Shown here: positions 9,815-19,431 of the stretch, piece by piece
Layout: each line of letters begins with the position of its first letter
How positions within the stretch are numbered: position 1 is the first letter of the stretch
Origin: Persephonella sp.
Lineage (GTDB): Bacteria > Aquificota > Aquificia > Aquificales > Hydrogenothermaceae
NCBI GenBank assembly: GCA_003978485.1
Contig: QNZF01000043.1
Location: 1-53,246, forward strand
Length of the DNA: 53,246 nucleotides
Reading direction: 5' to 3'
Program-made: the position numbers and the translations under genes
The notes under the pieces: model-generated
What the model was told of the DNA's origin: nothing
Database searches by the model: none
Seen by the model: only the letters and a program-made list of their open reading frames with translations

Positions 9815-10937
9815 CTTTCTTTACTCCCTTTTGTTTTGGATAAAGTTCTAAAAATATATCCTCTCCTAACTTTTTTATATCCTCTATTCTAAATAAAGGA
9901 GCTTCATATACGTTATTAATCCCTAATGCCCCCACAATATCTAAACCGTCCTCTCCTAATATTTTAGGTGCTATAAACAGAGACAGTTTGTCATATAAAC
10001 CTTTTCTAAAAAACTCAGTAAATAGACCTCTACCACCTTCAACTAATATATGAACAATATCCATTTTATACAATTGTTGTAAAATATCCTCTATATTAAA
10101 CTTACCCCTGTTTAAAGGCAATATAACTATTTTTATATTATCTTTATCTTCTAAAATTTTTAACTTTTTCCTATCTGCCCTATCAGATGTGAACACAACA
10201 GTTCTAGCTTTATCATTAAAGATTTTGTAATCCAAAGGTGTCATTAAATACTTATCAATTAAAACTCTTATAGGCTGTTTTTCCGTTTCTACATACCTAA
10301 CTGTAAGCTCTGGATTGTCCCTTATTGCAGTATTAACTCCAATCATAACTGCAGATGCATGCTTCCTGAGTAAATGGGCATACTTCCTAGCTTCTAATCC
10401 TGTTATCCATTTTGAATGACCTGTTCTAGTGGCTATTTTTCCGTCCAAACTTTCTGCAGATTTTAGATTAATAAAAGGTCTTTTTTCTTTTATATATATA
10501 AAAAAATCTTCATTTAATTTTTTGGCTTTATCTTCCAAAATGCCTATTTCCACATCTATCCCATTTTCTTTTAATATTTCTACTCCCTTCCCACTTACAA
10601 GTGGGTTAGGGTCTAATGTGGAAACAACAACTCTTTTTATTCTGTTATCAATAATTGCATCAGTACAAGGAGGTGTTCTACCGTAATGACAACAAGGTTC
10701 TAAAGTGATATACATAGTAGCCCCTTTTATGTCTTTTCCCCTTTTTAGAGCATCAGCTATAGCTTCCCTTTCTGCATGGGGGCTACCTGCCTTTTTATGA
10801 ACTCCTATTCCTAAAATTTCCCCATTTTTCTCAATAACAGCCCCAACTGTTGGATTAGGATGTGTAAGTCCCTTCCTCTCTTCAGCTAGCTTTAAAGCCA
10901 AATCCATAAATTTTTCGTCTTTAGCCTTTAAATCCAC
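9807..10937 (-). CDS. ribD: bifunctional riboflavin biosynthesis deaminase/reductase RibD
   Basis: CMP/dCMP deaminase zinc motif (HAEREA ... TLEPCCHYGRTPPC), then a RibD C-terminal reductase domain (KSAESLDGKIA, ILVEGG). Confidence 0.93.
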   Translation of the reverse strand: MDLKAKDEKFMDLALKLAEERKGLTHPNPTVGAVIEKNGEILGIGVHKKAGSPHAEREAIADALKRGKDIKGATMYITLEPCCHYGRTPPCTDAIIDNRIKRVVVSTLDPNPLVSGKGVEILKENGIDVEIGILEDKAKKLNEDFFIYIKEKRPFINLKSAESLDGKIATRTGHSKWITGLEARKYAHLLRKHASAVMIGVNTAIRDNPELTVRYVETEKQPIRVLIDKYLMTPLDYKIFNDKARTVVFTSDRADRKKLKILEDKDNIKIVILPLNRGKFNIEDILQQLYKMDIVHILVEGGRGLFTEFFRKGLYDKLSLFIAPKILGEDGLDIVGALGINNVYEAPLFRIEDIKKLGEDIFLELYPKQKGVKKDG

Positions 10938-11090
10938 CTTTTTACCTAAAAAATTTAAAGTTTAATAAAAAGTTTAACTTAAAAATTAGATTAAATAAAA
11001 TTTTGACAGGATAAGATAATGATAAAATTAAACAAAAATTTAAGATAAAATTATTTACTAAATCTTAATAAAAATTGGAGTAATAGATAT

Positions 11091-11993
11091 ATGTCAGAAA
11101 AATTTTTAACATTTCAAGAAATAATACAAACTTTACAAAGGTTCTGGACAGATAAAGGTTGTATTTTATGGCAACCATACGATATAGAGGTAGGTGCAGG
11201 AACAATGAACCCTGCAACCTTTTTAAGAACATTAGGACCTGAAGAATGGAATGTTTGTTATGTTGAACCGTCTAGAAGACCCCAAGATGGAAGATATGGA
11301 GAAAATCCGAATAGATTACAACATTACTATCAATTTCAAGTAATACTAAAGCCTGCCCCTGAAAATCCACAGGAGATATATCTACAAAGTTTAGAGGCAT
11401 TAGGTATTGATTTAACAGAACACGATGTAAGATTTGTTGAGGATGATTGGGAAAGTCCAACTTTAGGTGCTTGGGGGTTAGGTTGGGAAGTTTGGCTTGA
11501 CGGTATGGAAATAACACAGTTTACATACTTTCAACAGGTGGGAAGTTTAGATTTACCTGTTATAAGTGTTGAGATAACCTACGGATTAGAGAGAATAGCA
11601 ACATTTTTACAGAATGTTGACAGCGTTTACGATATTGTATGGGCAGAAGGATTAACTTACGGAGATATTTACAAAGAAGCAGAAAGACAATGGTCTGTAT
11701 ACAATTTTGAAGAAGCAGATGTTGATATGTTATTTAAAACTTTTGATATGTATGAGACGGAAGGATTTAGATTAGTTCAGAAAAATTTACCTATTCCTGC
11801 ATACGATTATGCATTGAAATGTTCCCATATTTTTAATTTGTTGTTAGCAAGAAGAGCATTATCTGTAAACGAAAGGGCTAGATTTGTAGCCAGAGTTAGA
11901 AATTTGGCTAGAGAGTGTGCAAAAGCATTTGTTAAGCATAGAGAAGAGTTAGGATACCCTTTAAATAAGAAAAAAGGGGAAGTTAAACAATGA
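11091..11993 (+). CDS. glyQ: glycine--tRNA ligase alpha subunit
   Basis: Highly conserved GlyQ sequence ([47 protein letters not shown]). Confidence 0.97.
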   Translation: MSEKFLTFQEIIQTLQRFWTDKGCILWQPYDIEVGAGTMNPATFLRTLGPEEWNVCYVEPSRRPQDGRYGENPNRLQHYYQFQVILKPAPENPQEIYLQSLEALGIDLTEHDVRFVEDDWESPTLGAWGLGWEVWLDGMEITQFTYFQQVGSLDLPVISVEITYGLERIATFLQNVDSVYDIVWAEGLTYGDIYKEAERQWSVYNFEEADVDMLFKTFDMYETEGFRLVQKNLPIPAYDYALKCSHIFNLLLARRALSVNERARFVARVRNLARECAKAFVKHREELGYPLNKKKGEVKQ

Positions 11994-12853
11994 AAAGGGG
12001 TTTAGTTATAGATAGAGAAGCCCAAATGATAGGTGTATATATACTAGATAGTGGAGAAATATACAGAGGTTTTCCCAGAAAAAAGGTTCTAAAAAAGACT
12101 AAAATATACGCAGGAGATTACGTTTTAGGTGAGATTGTAGATAGCAATACATTTACTATAGAAGATGTGGAAGAAAGGAAAAATTTTCTTAAACGACCAC
12201 CTGTTGCAAATGTGGATAAAGTTATGATAGTAGCAACTATAAAGTTTCCAGATTTTGATAACTTTCTAATAGACAATCTATTAGCAGTTTACGAGTATTT
12301 AAAATCAGACCCAATAATAGTTTTTAATAAAATAGACCTTTTAGATAATGAAGGATTAAAAGAATTAAATAAATGGGTTGATATATATATAAATGCAGGC
12401 TATGACGTTTTAAAAGTAAGTGCAAATACAGGGGAAGGCATTCAAAATCTAAAAAATTATCTATCTGGGACTATCTCAGTTTTTGCAGGTGCGTCAGGGG
12501 TTGGAAAGAGTTCTATTTTATCTAAATTAATAGGTGTGGAGCTTGAAACAAGGGATATAAGCAGAAAGCTTAAAAGGGGAAGACATACAACCACAGGAGT
12601 TAAACTTTTTCCATTTGGAGATAACTCTTTTGTTGGAGACACTCCCGGTTTTTCAAATGTTGATGCGTTGTACTTTATGGATAAAAGGGAAGTAAAAGAT
12701 TACTTTAGAGAGTTTTTGAGATACAGTTGTAAATATCCTAACTGTTTACACATAAATGAGCCTCAATGTGGTGTTAAGGAAGCAGTAGAAAGGGGAGAAA
12801 TAGCTTTAGAAAGGTATAAAAGTTATTTAAGAATAGTTAATTCGGGGAATTAA
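11990..12853 (+). CDS. rsgA: ribosome small-subunit-dependent GTPase A
   Basis: Circularly permuted GTPase (NKIDL ... GASGVGKSS) and C-terminal zinc knuckle [20 protein letters not shown] overlap with glyQ. Confidence 0.9.
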   Translation: MKRGLVIDREAQMIGVYILDSGEIYRGFPRKKVLKKTKIYAGDYVLGEIVDSNTFTIEDVEERKNFLKRPPVANVDKVMIVATIKFPDFDNFLIDNLLAVYEYLKSDPIIVFNKIDLLDNEGLKELNKWVDIYINAGYDVLKVSANTGEGIQNLKNYLSGTISVFAGASGVGKSSILSKLIGVELETRDISRKLKRGRHTTTGVKLFPFGDNSFVGDTPGFSNVDALYFMDKREVKDYFREFLRYSCKYPNCLHINEPQCGVKEAVERGEIALERYKSYLRIVNSGN

Positions 12854-12858
12854 AAGTT

Positions 12859-13221
12859 ATGGATATATACACAGGTATAGATATTGTAGAAAATGAAAGA
12901 ATTGAAAAGGTTTATAGAAAGTTTAAAGATAAATTTTTAAATAAAATATTTACTGAAAAAGAGATTGAATACTGTTTATCTAAAAAAGATTTTATACCCT
13001 GTATATCTGCAAGATTTGCCTGTAAAGAAGCGGTTTTTAAAGCATTTTATCAGGCATTTGAAGAAGGAATATCTTTTAAGAAGATAGAGGTTTTAGGAAA
13101 AGAAAATAAACCTGCTACGGTTATTTTACATAAAAAAATTGATAAAAATTTTAAGATAAATGTTTCTATCTCCCACGAGAAAAAATTTTCAACAGCAATA
13201 GCTATTATTTATATAGAATAA
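12859..13221 (+). CDS. acpS: holo-[acyl-carrier-protein] synthase
   Basis: 120 aa. GIDIVENERI start, FACKEAVFKA and ISHEKKFSTAIAI blocks typical of AcpS. Confidence 0.9.
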   Translation: MDIYTGIDIVENERIEKVYRKFKDKFLNKIFTEKEIEYCLSKKDFIPCISARFACKEAVFKAFYQAFEEGISFKKIEVLGKENKPATVILHKKIDKNFKINVSISHEKKFSTAIAIIYIE

Positions 13222-13261
13222 ACATTAAATTTTTTATCTTTTAATCTATTTTGCGAAATTT

Positions 13262-13387
13262 TTGGAATTGTCAATTCGTTGATTTAAGCTGACATCATTT
13301 AATAGTTTTAAGTATTAATTTAATTGTAATCCCTCATTTTAGTCAATGAAAATAAATTAACTGAATTTAATTTCTAAATTGGCGTTA
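13262..13387 (+). repeat. imperfect direct-repeat copy flanking the nor cassette (downstream copy)
   Basis: Block 13262..13300 aligns with 16253..16289. Block 13364..13387 matches 16398..16421 at 22/24 (aatttaatttctaaaNtNgcgtta). Same order and orientation. Confidence 0.5.
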
Positions 13388-13400
13388 TTTTCTTACTAGT

Positions 13401-13433
13401 AAAGAAATAAATGAAATCCCCCTAAATGGGGGA
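13401..13433 (-). terminator. rho-independent terminator after norB
   Basis: On the minus strand just after the TAG stop: TCCCCC-attta-GGGGGA (6-bp stem, 5-nt loop, 13417..13433) followed by TTTCATTTATTTCTTT. Confidence 0.6.
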
Positions 13434-13440
13434 CAATACA

Positions 13441-15744
13441 CTAAGCAGTTACTGCAGTTGTAGCTTCCCTTCTTGATAGATAAAGTTTGTAAACTAGGTC
13501 TACCAATATTAGTATTGCACCTGCTACAATCATCATATCTGGGATTAATCTTATCCATAACCAGAAGCCCATACCTTCTAAAACTTCCCTTGTTCTTGCA
13601 ACCCAGTATCCGTAATTGTAAGCCCATTCCATCTGTTTTTCACCTATTACTAAAACTGGGATAGCAAACAGGAATATACCGCCTGTAGTTAACCAGAATG
13701 CCAAGTTTGATATTTTTTCGTCCCAGTGTAATCCCTTAGCTAAAGCGTTAGCCCTAGCTATAAAGTATAGGAATGCTATAGAAATGTATCCAAAAGCACC
13801 TAACAGAGCTACGTGACCATGAGCCATTCCAAAGTAAGTTCCGTGTTCATAGTAGTTTACAATTGGTAAATTTATTAACATACCGTAAAATCCTGCACCT
13901 AGCCAGTTTAAGAAAGCTGAACCTGCTAACCATAGGAAAGCCATTCTAAATGGGAACGCTTCACCTTTTTTATTTATATGTAGATACTCTTTTGTTGCTT
14001 CAATCATTAGAATAACCAATGGTAAAGGTTCTAAAGATGATAGTACACCACCCCAAGCAATCCAGAATTCATTTTCACCCATCCAGAAGTAGTGGTGTCC
14101 TGTTCCTATTGTTCCAGCGGCAACGATAAGGAATGCTTCAAAAAACATCATGATTGTTGCAAATCTAGCACTAACTAAGCCTAAAGCCACAGTTAAAAAT
14201 GCTAAAGTTCCTGCCGCAAATAATTCAAAGGTATTTTCAACCCATAGGTGAACAACCCACCATCTAAAATAATCGTCAATTGTGAAGTTAGGAATTATTT
14301 TGTGTAAAGGCAACATTCCTGCGATGTATAACACAGCTATAGCAAAAGCTGACCATATCATCATAGCTAAAGGTGGTGTAATCTTCTCAGCCTGTCTTAC
14401 AGTAAAGAAAACTATTGCAAACCATAAGACTAAACCTACCACTAAACCTATATCCCAAATTCTTCCTAATTCTATATACTCTCTACCTTCAGAACCTAGC
14501 CAGAACCATAACTCATCAGGTAATTTTCCTAAAGCACCTAACCACATACCAATTAAGCCACCACCACCAACTATAAGTAATGCTATCCAGAGAATATCTA
14601 CAGCTATAGGGAATTTGAAATCTTTACCACCGGAAGCTAGAGGAGCAACAAATAATCCACCTGCTAGCCAGCCTATAGCTATCCATAAAACGGCAAGATT
14701 TAAGTGGAACTCTCTAGCTACATTAAACGGAAGTAATGATTGAGGAATAATCCAGTTATGGGAAGGGTCCGCAAAGAGGTGAGCCATATAACCACCTAGA
14801 AGTGTTTGCAATACAAAGAATAAAGGAACTAATGGAACAAATTTTATAACCTTTTCTTGTAGAGGAGTTAATCTTGTAATATTAAGGGCAGGTGAGTATT
14901 CCTTTTCATTATCAAATTTTAGGAAGTAATCATAGAACGCCCACATAACGACTATAGTTAAAGTCCAACAAGCCATAAATGCCACAATTGACCAAAATAG
15001 AGATGAGTAGGTAGCATTTAATCCTATAGCAGGTTCAGGAGGCCAGTTATTAGTATATGTAGGATGCATATTTAGGTTTTCATCTACAGTTAAGGGTTCT
15101 CCTAAAGATTTTATAACTGATACTTCTTCACCAGATTTAGCATTTGGTCTAGGTGTTACAGCCACTAATGTTGTCCAATCTATAAAAGCCGCCATTTTTT
15201 CGGCTTCTTCAGGCTTAATAATACCACCTACCATAGCGTATTGCGGATTTCCATTAACCAGATAATCAACAAGTTTTTCCTTTACTTGAAGCCAGGCTTT
15301 TTCATGTTCAGGTGTTATTTGGGTAATGCCTTCCTTTAAAATAGATTTCTTTCTAACATCTTCCTTTACTAGATAATCAACTTTAGCCTTTTCATCTTTA
15401 GATAGCTCTGAATAGTTTTTGCCGTACTCTTCTTGAGCATAAATATCTTGTAGTTTAACAATCTTTTCATGAAGTATCCACGCAGTATAATCAGGACCTA
15501 TATAAGCCCCGTTTCCTAGAAGTGTTCCCTGATCCATTAAAACATATTTTTGGAAATAAGCCTTTCCCTGAACTATATCGTTGTAGGTATATAGGGTTTT
15601 AGTACCCCTCACCTCTTGAGGAATAGGAGGAACTTCCTTAATCTGTTTAACGGTGAAAGCTGTAAATAAACCTACCGCTACAATTGTAGCTATTGTAAAT
15701 ATAAGGAACCATTTTTTAGTAGTTTGATCCATTAGTTTAGTCAT
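13441..15744 (-). CDS. norB: quinol-dependent nitric oxide reductase (qNOR, single-subunit NorB/NorZ type)
   Basis: 767 aa. One N-terminal TM helix plus a ~200-aa periplasmic NorC-like extension with no CxxCH, then a 12-TM haem-copper oxidase core with conserved His blocks (HLNLAVLW, HLWVENTFE, GTGHHYFWMG, MAHGHVALLGAFG). Confidence 0.88.
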   Translation of the reverse strand: MTKLMDQTTKKWFLIFTIATIVAVGLFTAFTVKQIKEVPPIPQEVRGTKTLYTYNDIVQGKAYFQKYVLMDQGTLLGNGAYIGPDYTAWILHEKIVKLQDIYAQEEYGKNYSELSKDEKAKVDYLVKEDVRKKSILKEGITQITPEHEKAWLQVKEKLVDYLVNGNPQYAMVGGIIKPEEAEKMAAFIDWTTLVAVTPRPNAKSGEEVSVIKSLGEPLTVDENLNMHPTYTNNWPPEPAIGLNATYSSLFWSIVAFMACWTLTIVVMWAFYDYFLKFDNEKEYSPALNITRLTPLQEKVIKFVPLVPLFFVLQTLLGGYMAHLFADPSHNWIIPQSLLPFNVAREFHLNLAVLWIAIGWLAGGLFVAPLASGGKDFKFPIAVDILWIALLIVGGGGLIGMWLGALGKLPDELWFWLGSEGREYIELGRIWDIGLVVGLVLWFAIVFFTVRQAEKITPPLAMMIWSAFAIAVLYIAGMLPLHKIIPNFTIDDYFRWWVVHLWVENTFELFAAGTLAFLTVALGLVSARFATIMMFFEAFLIVAAGTIGTGHHYFWMGENEFWIAWGGVLSSLEPLPLVILMIEATKEYLHINKKGEAFPFRMAFLWLAGSAFLNWLGAGFYGMLINLPIVNYYEHGTYFGMAHGHVALLGAFGYISIAFLYFIARANALAKGLHWDEKISNLAFWLTTGGIFLFAIPVLVIGEKQMEWAYNYGYWVARTREVLEGMGFWLWIRLIPDMMIVAGAILILVDLVYKLYLSRREATTAVTA

Positions 15745-15756
15745 TTTGACTTCCTC

Positions 15757-16203
15757 CTATTTTGTTAAATATGCTTGAATGATATAAACGAATAGATAGT
15801 TAAAAAACATAATCCCAAAAAGTCTCTTGTATATTCTCCCCTCTTCCCCTTTGTATATAAGTGCCAATGAAATAACAAAAAGAACTATAGAATATCCAAA
15901 AAGCATAACTAACACACTTTGACCGATAGGGTTTGATGTTAAATCGTCCATACCTGACATACTAAGAATAGATAATAGCAGTATGCCGCTAATACCTGTT
16001 ATTAGAACTAATATAAAAGATATTTTCAAATACCTTTTTGCTATTTTTTCAATTAAAATCTCATTAATACCTATAGTAAAAACAAATGTTATCCCTAAAA
16101 AGATAGCATTAGAAACTATATGGAATATCAAGGACAACTTCCACAACCATGAGCCTACTTCCATCATAATTTTCCTATCCTCCGTTTCAGATAAAGAAAA
16201 CAT
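15757..16203 (-). CDS. hypothetical 4-TM membrane protein, first gene of the nor operon
   Basis: 148-aa hydrophobic ORF ending 12 nt upstream of the norB start on the same strand. No family recognised. Confidence 0.55.
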   Translation of the reverse strand: MFSLSETEDRKIMMEVGSWLWKLSLIFHIVSNAIFLGITFVFTIGINEILIEKIAKRYLKISFILVLITGISGILLLSILSMSGMDDLTSNPIGQSVLVMLFGYSIVLFVISLALIYKGEEGRIYKRLFGIMFFNYLFVYIIQAYLTK

Positions 16204-16252
16204 CTCACTAAAATCTAAAAATATTTAAATCTTCTTGTCTTAACTTAATTAA

Positions 16253-16421
16253 TTGGAGAATTAGCTACATTGACTTAAGTCAATCATTTGGAGAAATAAA
16301 GGTGAATATTAATGAAACTAGATTTTTTCCATTTCTTTTTTTCTTTTTTATTCTATTTTATTTTTTTCATTTAATTTATTTTATCCTTTTAGAGCTAAAT
16401 TTAATTTCTAAACTAGCGTTA
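16253..16421 (+). repeat. imperfect direct-repeat copy flanking the nor cassette (upstream copy, T-rich expansion in the middle)
   Basis: See 13262..13387. This copy contains the intact TTGACTTAAGTCAA dyad, whereas the other copy has a degenerate version (ttgatttaagctgaca). Confidence 0.5.
16270..16283. promoter_or_regulatory. perfect palindrome TTGACTTAAGTCAA (Crp/Fnr-Dnr-type box candidate) upstream of the nor operon
   Basis: Exact 14-bp dyad TTGAC-N4-GTCAA, 66 nt upstream of the 16203 ATG. If centred at -41.5, minus-strand positions -12..-7 read TAAGTT. Confidence 0.5.
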
Positions 16422-16530
16422 AATCAGTTGATTAAATTAAGTTGATTGTAAAACAGGAAAGTTTTATTTCCGAATTGAAATTTATAATTTTATAATTTTA
16501 AAAAATATTTTCTTTCTTAGAGGTTTACAG

Positions 16531-17802
16531 TTGGAAAATCCAAGCCATATTAGAAAAGTTTTAATTGCAGGAATGATTGGTAATGTTTTGGAATGGTATG
16601 ATTTTGTAGTTTATGGATATTTAGCAGGTATTATAGGAAAACTTTTTTTTCCATCCAACGACCCAACTACAGAATTAATAAAAGCCTTTACTGTTTTTGC
16701 AGTAGGATTTATAGCAAGACCTATCGGAGCAACCTTTTTTGGTTTTCTAGGTGATAAAATAGGAAGAAGAAAGGCTTTAATGATTTCTATAATTTTAATG
16801 GCTATATCCACAACAGCTATTGGTTTACTGCCTACATATTATCAAATTGGAATACTAGCTCCTATACTCTTAACATTGCTAAAAATAACTCAAGGATTAT
16901 CGGTTGGTGGAGAGTATACAACTTCTGTATCCTTCGTCGTTGAGCATGCACCTAAGAATAAACGAGGTTTATTTGGAAGTATAGCAATATTAGGTGCGGT
17001 AATTGGAATTCTTTTAGGTTCTGCATCCAGTGCGTTTATAACAAAAATACTTCCTGAAGATGCTTTATATAGTTATGGATGGAGAATTCTATTTATGACC
17101 GGAATAATTTTAGGATTTTTAGGTTATTATGTTAGAAGAAACATAGGGGAAACTCCTAAGTTTAAAGAGTTAGAAATAAAAAAAGAGATAGATAAAAACC
17201 CAATATTAGATTTGTTGAAAAATTACAGAAGTGAGTTTTTAAAAACTTTCTTCTTAAGTGTGTTTCAGGCAGTAGGATTTTACACTTTATTCGTTTATCT
17301 GGCACAACATCTTATTAAATTTGTTCATCTCCCTAAATCAACCGCTTTAACTATAAACACTGTAGGTATGATTGTTCTAGCTTTTCTTATACCAATTTTT
17401 GGTTATTTATCTGACAAATTCGGAAGAAAAATTTTCATTCTCCTATCAACAGGATTGACTTTTATGTTTGCATACCCATTATTTGTTTATATATCTTCGG
17501 GAAGTGCATTAAATGCACAGTTAGGATTAATAATATTTGCAATAATAACGGCAGGTTTTATGGCAGTACTGCCAACAACGTTAGTTGAGATATTTCCTAC
17601 AAAAGTGAGGAACACAGGCTATTCTTTAGGTTATAACTTACCTTTTGCTATTTTTGGCGGAACTTCACCTTTAATAGCAACTTTACTAATTAAATATACA
17701 AATAATTTAGCTTCACCTTCTATTTATCTTATGTTTGCTGCTGCTGTAGCCTTTTTATCAGGATTGTTGTTAAAGGAAAGTTTCAATAAAAATTTAAAAT
17801 GA
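16531..17802 (+). CDS. MFS transporter, metabolite:H+ symporter (ProP/KgtP-like) family
   Basis: 12-TM profile with the family N-terminal block LEWYDFVVYGYLAGIIGKLFFP and loop motif GDKIGRRKAL. TTG start. Confidence 0.85.
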   Translation: MENPSHIRKVLIAGMIGNVLEWYDFVVYGYLAGIIGKLFFPSNDPTTELIKAFTVFAVGFIARPIGATFFGFLGDKIGRRKALMISIILMAISTTAIGLLPTYYQIGILAPILLTLLKITQGLSVGGEYTTSVSFVVEHAPKNKRGLFGSIAILGAVIGILLGSASSAFITKILPEDALYSYGWRILFMTGIILGFLGYYVRRNIGETPKFKELEIKKEIDKNPILDLLKNYRSEFLKTFFLSVFQAVGFYTLFVYLAQHLIKFVHLPKSTALTINTVGMIVLAFLIPIFGYLSDKFGRKIFILLSTGLTFMFAYPLFVYISSGSALNAQLGLIIFAIITAGFMAVLPTTLVEIFPTKVRNTGYSLGYNLPFAIFGGTSPLIATLLIKYTNNLASPSIYLMFAAAVAFLSGLLLKESFNKNLK

Positions 17803-17820
17803 AAGAGGAGAGGAAAGTTT

Positions 17821-18159
17821 TTATTTATTTCTAAACAGTACAATATGTTTCATACCTGTCTCTTGTACAACCTCAATAGCCAATAAATCTCCGTTTTCTC
17901 CTTCTTCAACATACACTTCCACAGGGTTATGGATTATGTGGTCGTGCTTTTCTGCAACTACTTCAAAATCATTGTCTTTAGGGTCATAAGATAGACCTAT
18001 CAATGGTTGCCAAAAAGTCTCAACTTGGTCTCCCAACTCTTTATCAACAATCTCTATCTGAACTTCCTTTTCTCCAAAGGCACCTTCTCTGTATTTTTTA
18101 TCCCACTCATTAAAGTAACTTTCCCATTTATCCTTTTCTAACTTTATAGTGTTTCCCAT
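17821..18159 (-). CDS. hypothetical acidic 112-aa protein
   Basis: Clean ORF with SD (AGGGGG) upstream. No confident family assignment. Confidence 0.55.
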   Translation of the reverse strand: MGNTIKLEKDKWESYFNEWDKKYREGAFGEKEVQIEIVDKELGDQVETFWQPLIGLSYDPKDNDFEVVAEKHDHIIHNPVEVYVEEGENGDLLAIEVVQETGMKHIVLFRNK

Positions 18160-18259
18160 TTCTAACCCCCTATTTTTTGTCTTCTTTTATTAATAATAAT
18201 ATTGTCGATTGAAATTTGCAATACCTTTATAAAAAAATTTTAGTAAAAAAGTTTAAATT

Positions 18260-19291
18260 TTAAACTAATTCATACTTTACCAATAACTCAGCTATCTGTA
18301 CTGCGTTAGTGGCTGCACCTTTTCTAAGATTGTCTGCTACAACCCACATAGATATACCATTTTCAAAGGCAAAATCTTTTCTTATTCTTCCGACGAAAAC
18401 CTCGTCTCTACCTGCTATATCAATTGGCATAGGATAAACGTTATTTTTAGGGTCATCCTCAACTATAATTCCTTCTGCATTTTTTAATATATCTCTAGCT
18501 TCTTCTGGAGTTATTGGTTTTTCAGTCTCTATTGATATAGCTTCACTGTGACCTACGAAAACAGGAACTCTTACACAGGTTGGAGAAACTTTTATATCTG
18601 GAGCATGCATAATTTTTCTAGTCTCGTTAACCATTTTCATTTCTTCCTTTGTATATCCATTATCGAAGAAAACATCTATATGTGGAATTACATTAAAAGC
18701 TATATGATACGGTAAAGCCTCAGGATAGTAATATTTATCTTCAAAAAAAGCTTTCGTTTCATTTTTTAAATCTTCTATTGCCTTAGCTCCTGCACCTGAA
18801 ACAGCTTGATAGGTAGATACGAAAACCCTCTTTATATTTTTCTCCTTATGTATGGGATTTAATGCAACAACCATCTGAATTGTTGAACAGTTCGGATTAG
18901 CTATTATTCCTTTATGCCATTTCACATCTTCAGGATTAACTTCAGGGACAACTAAAGGCACATCATCATCCATTCTAAAAGCAGATGAGTTATCTATAAC
19001 TATAGCCCCCTTTTCAACAGCTTTAGGAGCCCATTCTTTACTTCTACTTCCACCTGCAGAAAATAAAGCAATATCAATACCATCAAAAGCTTCTTCAGAT
19101 ACAGGCTCAACTTTATATTTCAAACCCATATAATCTAACTCTTTACCTGCAGACCTTGGAGATGCTAACAGTCTTAATTCATCTATTGGAAAATTTCTCT
19201 CTTCTAAAACTTTTAACATAGTTTGACCGACTGCACCTGTAGCACCTAAAATTGCAACATTGTATCTGTCCTTTGCCATTTTAAACCCCAT
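18260..19291 (-). CDS. asd: aspartate-semialdehyde dehydrogenase
   Basis: VAILGATGAVGQ NAD(P) fold and active-site block IIANPNCSTIQMV. Alternative ATG at 19279. Confidence 0.95.
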   Translation of the reverse strand: MGFKMAKDRYNVAILGATGAVGQTMLKVLEERNFPIDELRLLASPRSAGKELDYMGLKYKVEPVSEEAFDGIDIALFSAGGSRSKEWAPKAVEKGAIVIDNSSAFRMDDDVPLVVPEVNPEDVKWHKGIIANPNCSTIQMVVALNPIHKEKNIKRVFVSTYQAVSGAGAKAIEDLKNETKAFFEDKYYYPEALPYHIAFNVIPHIDVFFDNGYTKEEMKMVNETRKIMHAPDIKVSPTCVRVPVFVGHSEAISIETEKPITPEEARDILKNAEGIIVEDDPKNNVYPMPIDIAGRDEVFVGRIRKDFAFENGISMWVVADNLRKGAATNAVQIAELLVKYELV

Positions 19292-19431
19292 ATAATTAAG
19301 TTTTAACAGTTAATAATTTTAAATTAATTTTGACAAACAAGTTAAAATTTAATGGTCATAAAAAATTTTTTGAGAAATTTAAACATTGGTTATAATTATC
19401 CTTATTAAATTTGTAAAGAGGTTTAAGCTAG

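Noticed and set aside
10938-11090. Possible FMN riboswitch upstream of ribD
   Set aside because: The 153-bp divergent spacer is almost pure A/T with no GC-rich helices, which is incompatible with the ~130-nt structured FMN aptamer. It shows only promoter-like elements (TTGACA ... TGATAAAAT).
16300-16400. T-rich, repetitive-looking tract in the nor/MFS spacer that could be mistaken for a repeat array or CRISPR remnant
   Set aside because: It has no regularly spaced repeat/spacer periodicity. It is homopolymeric T-run low complexity inside one copy of the flanking repeat. No cas genes are in the window.
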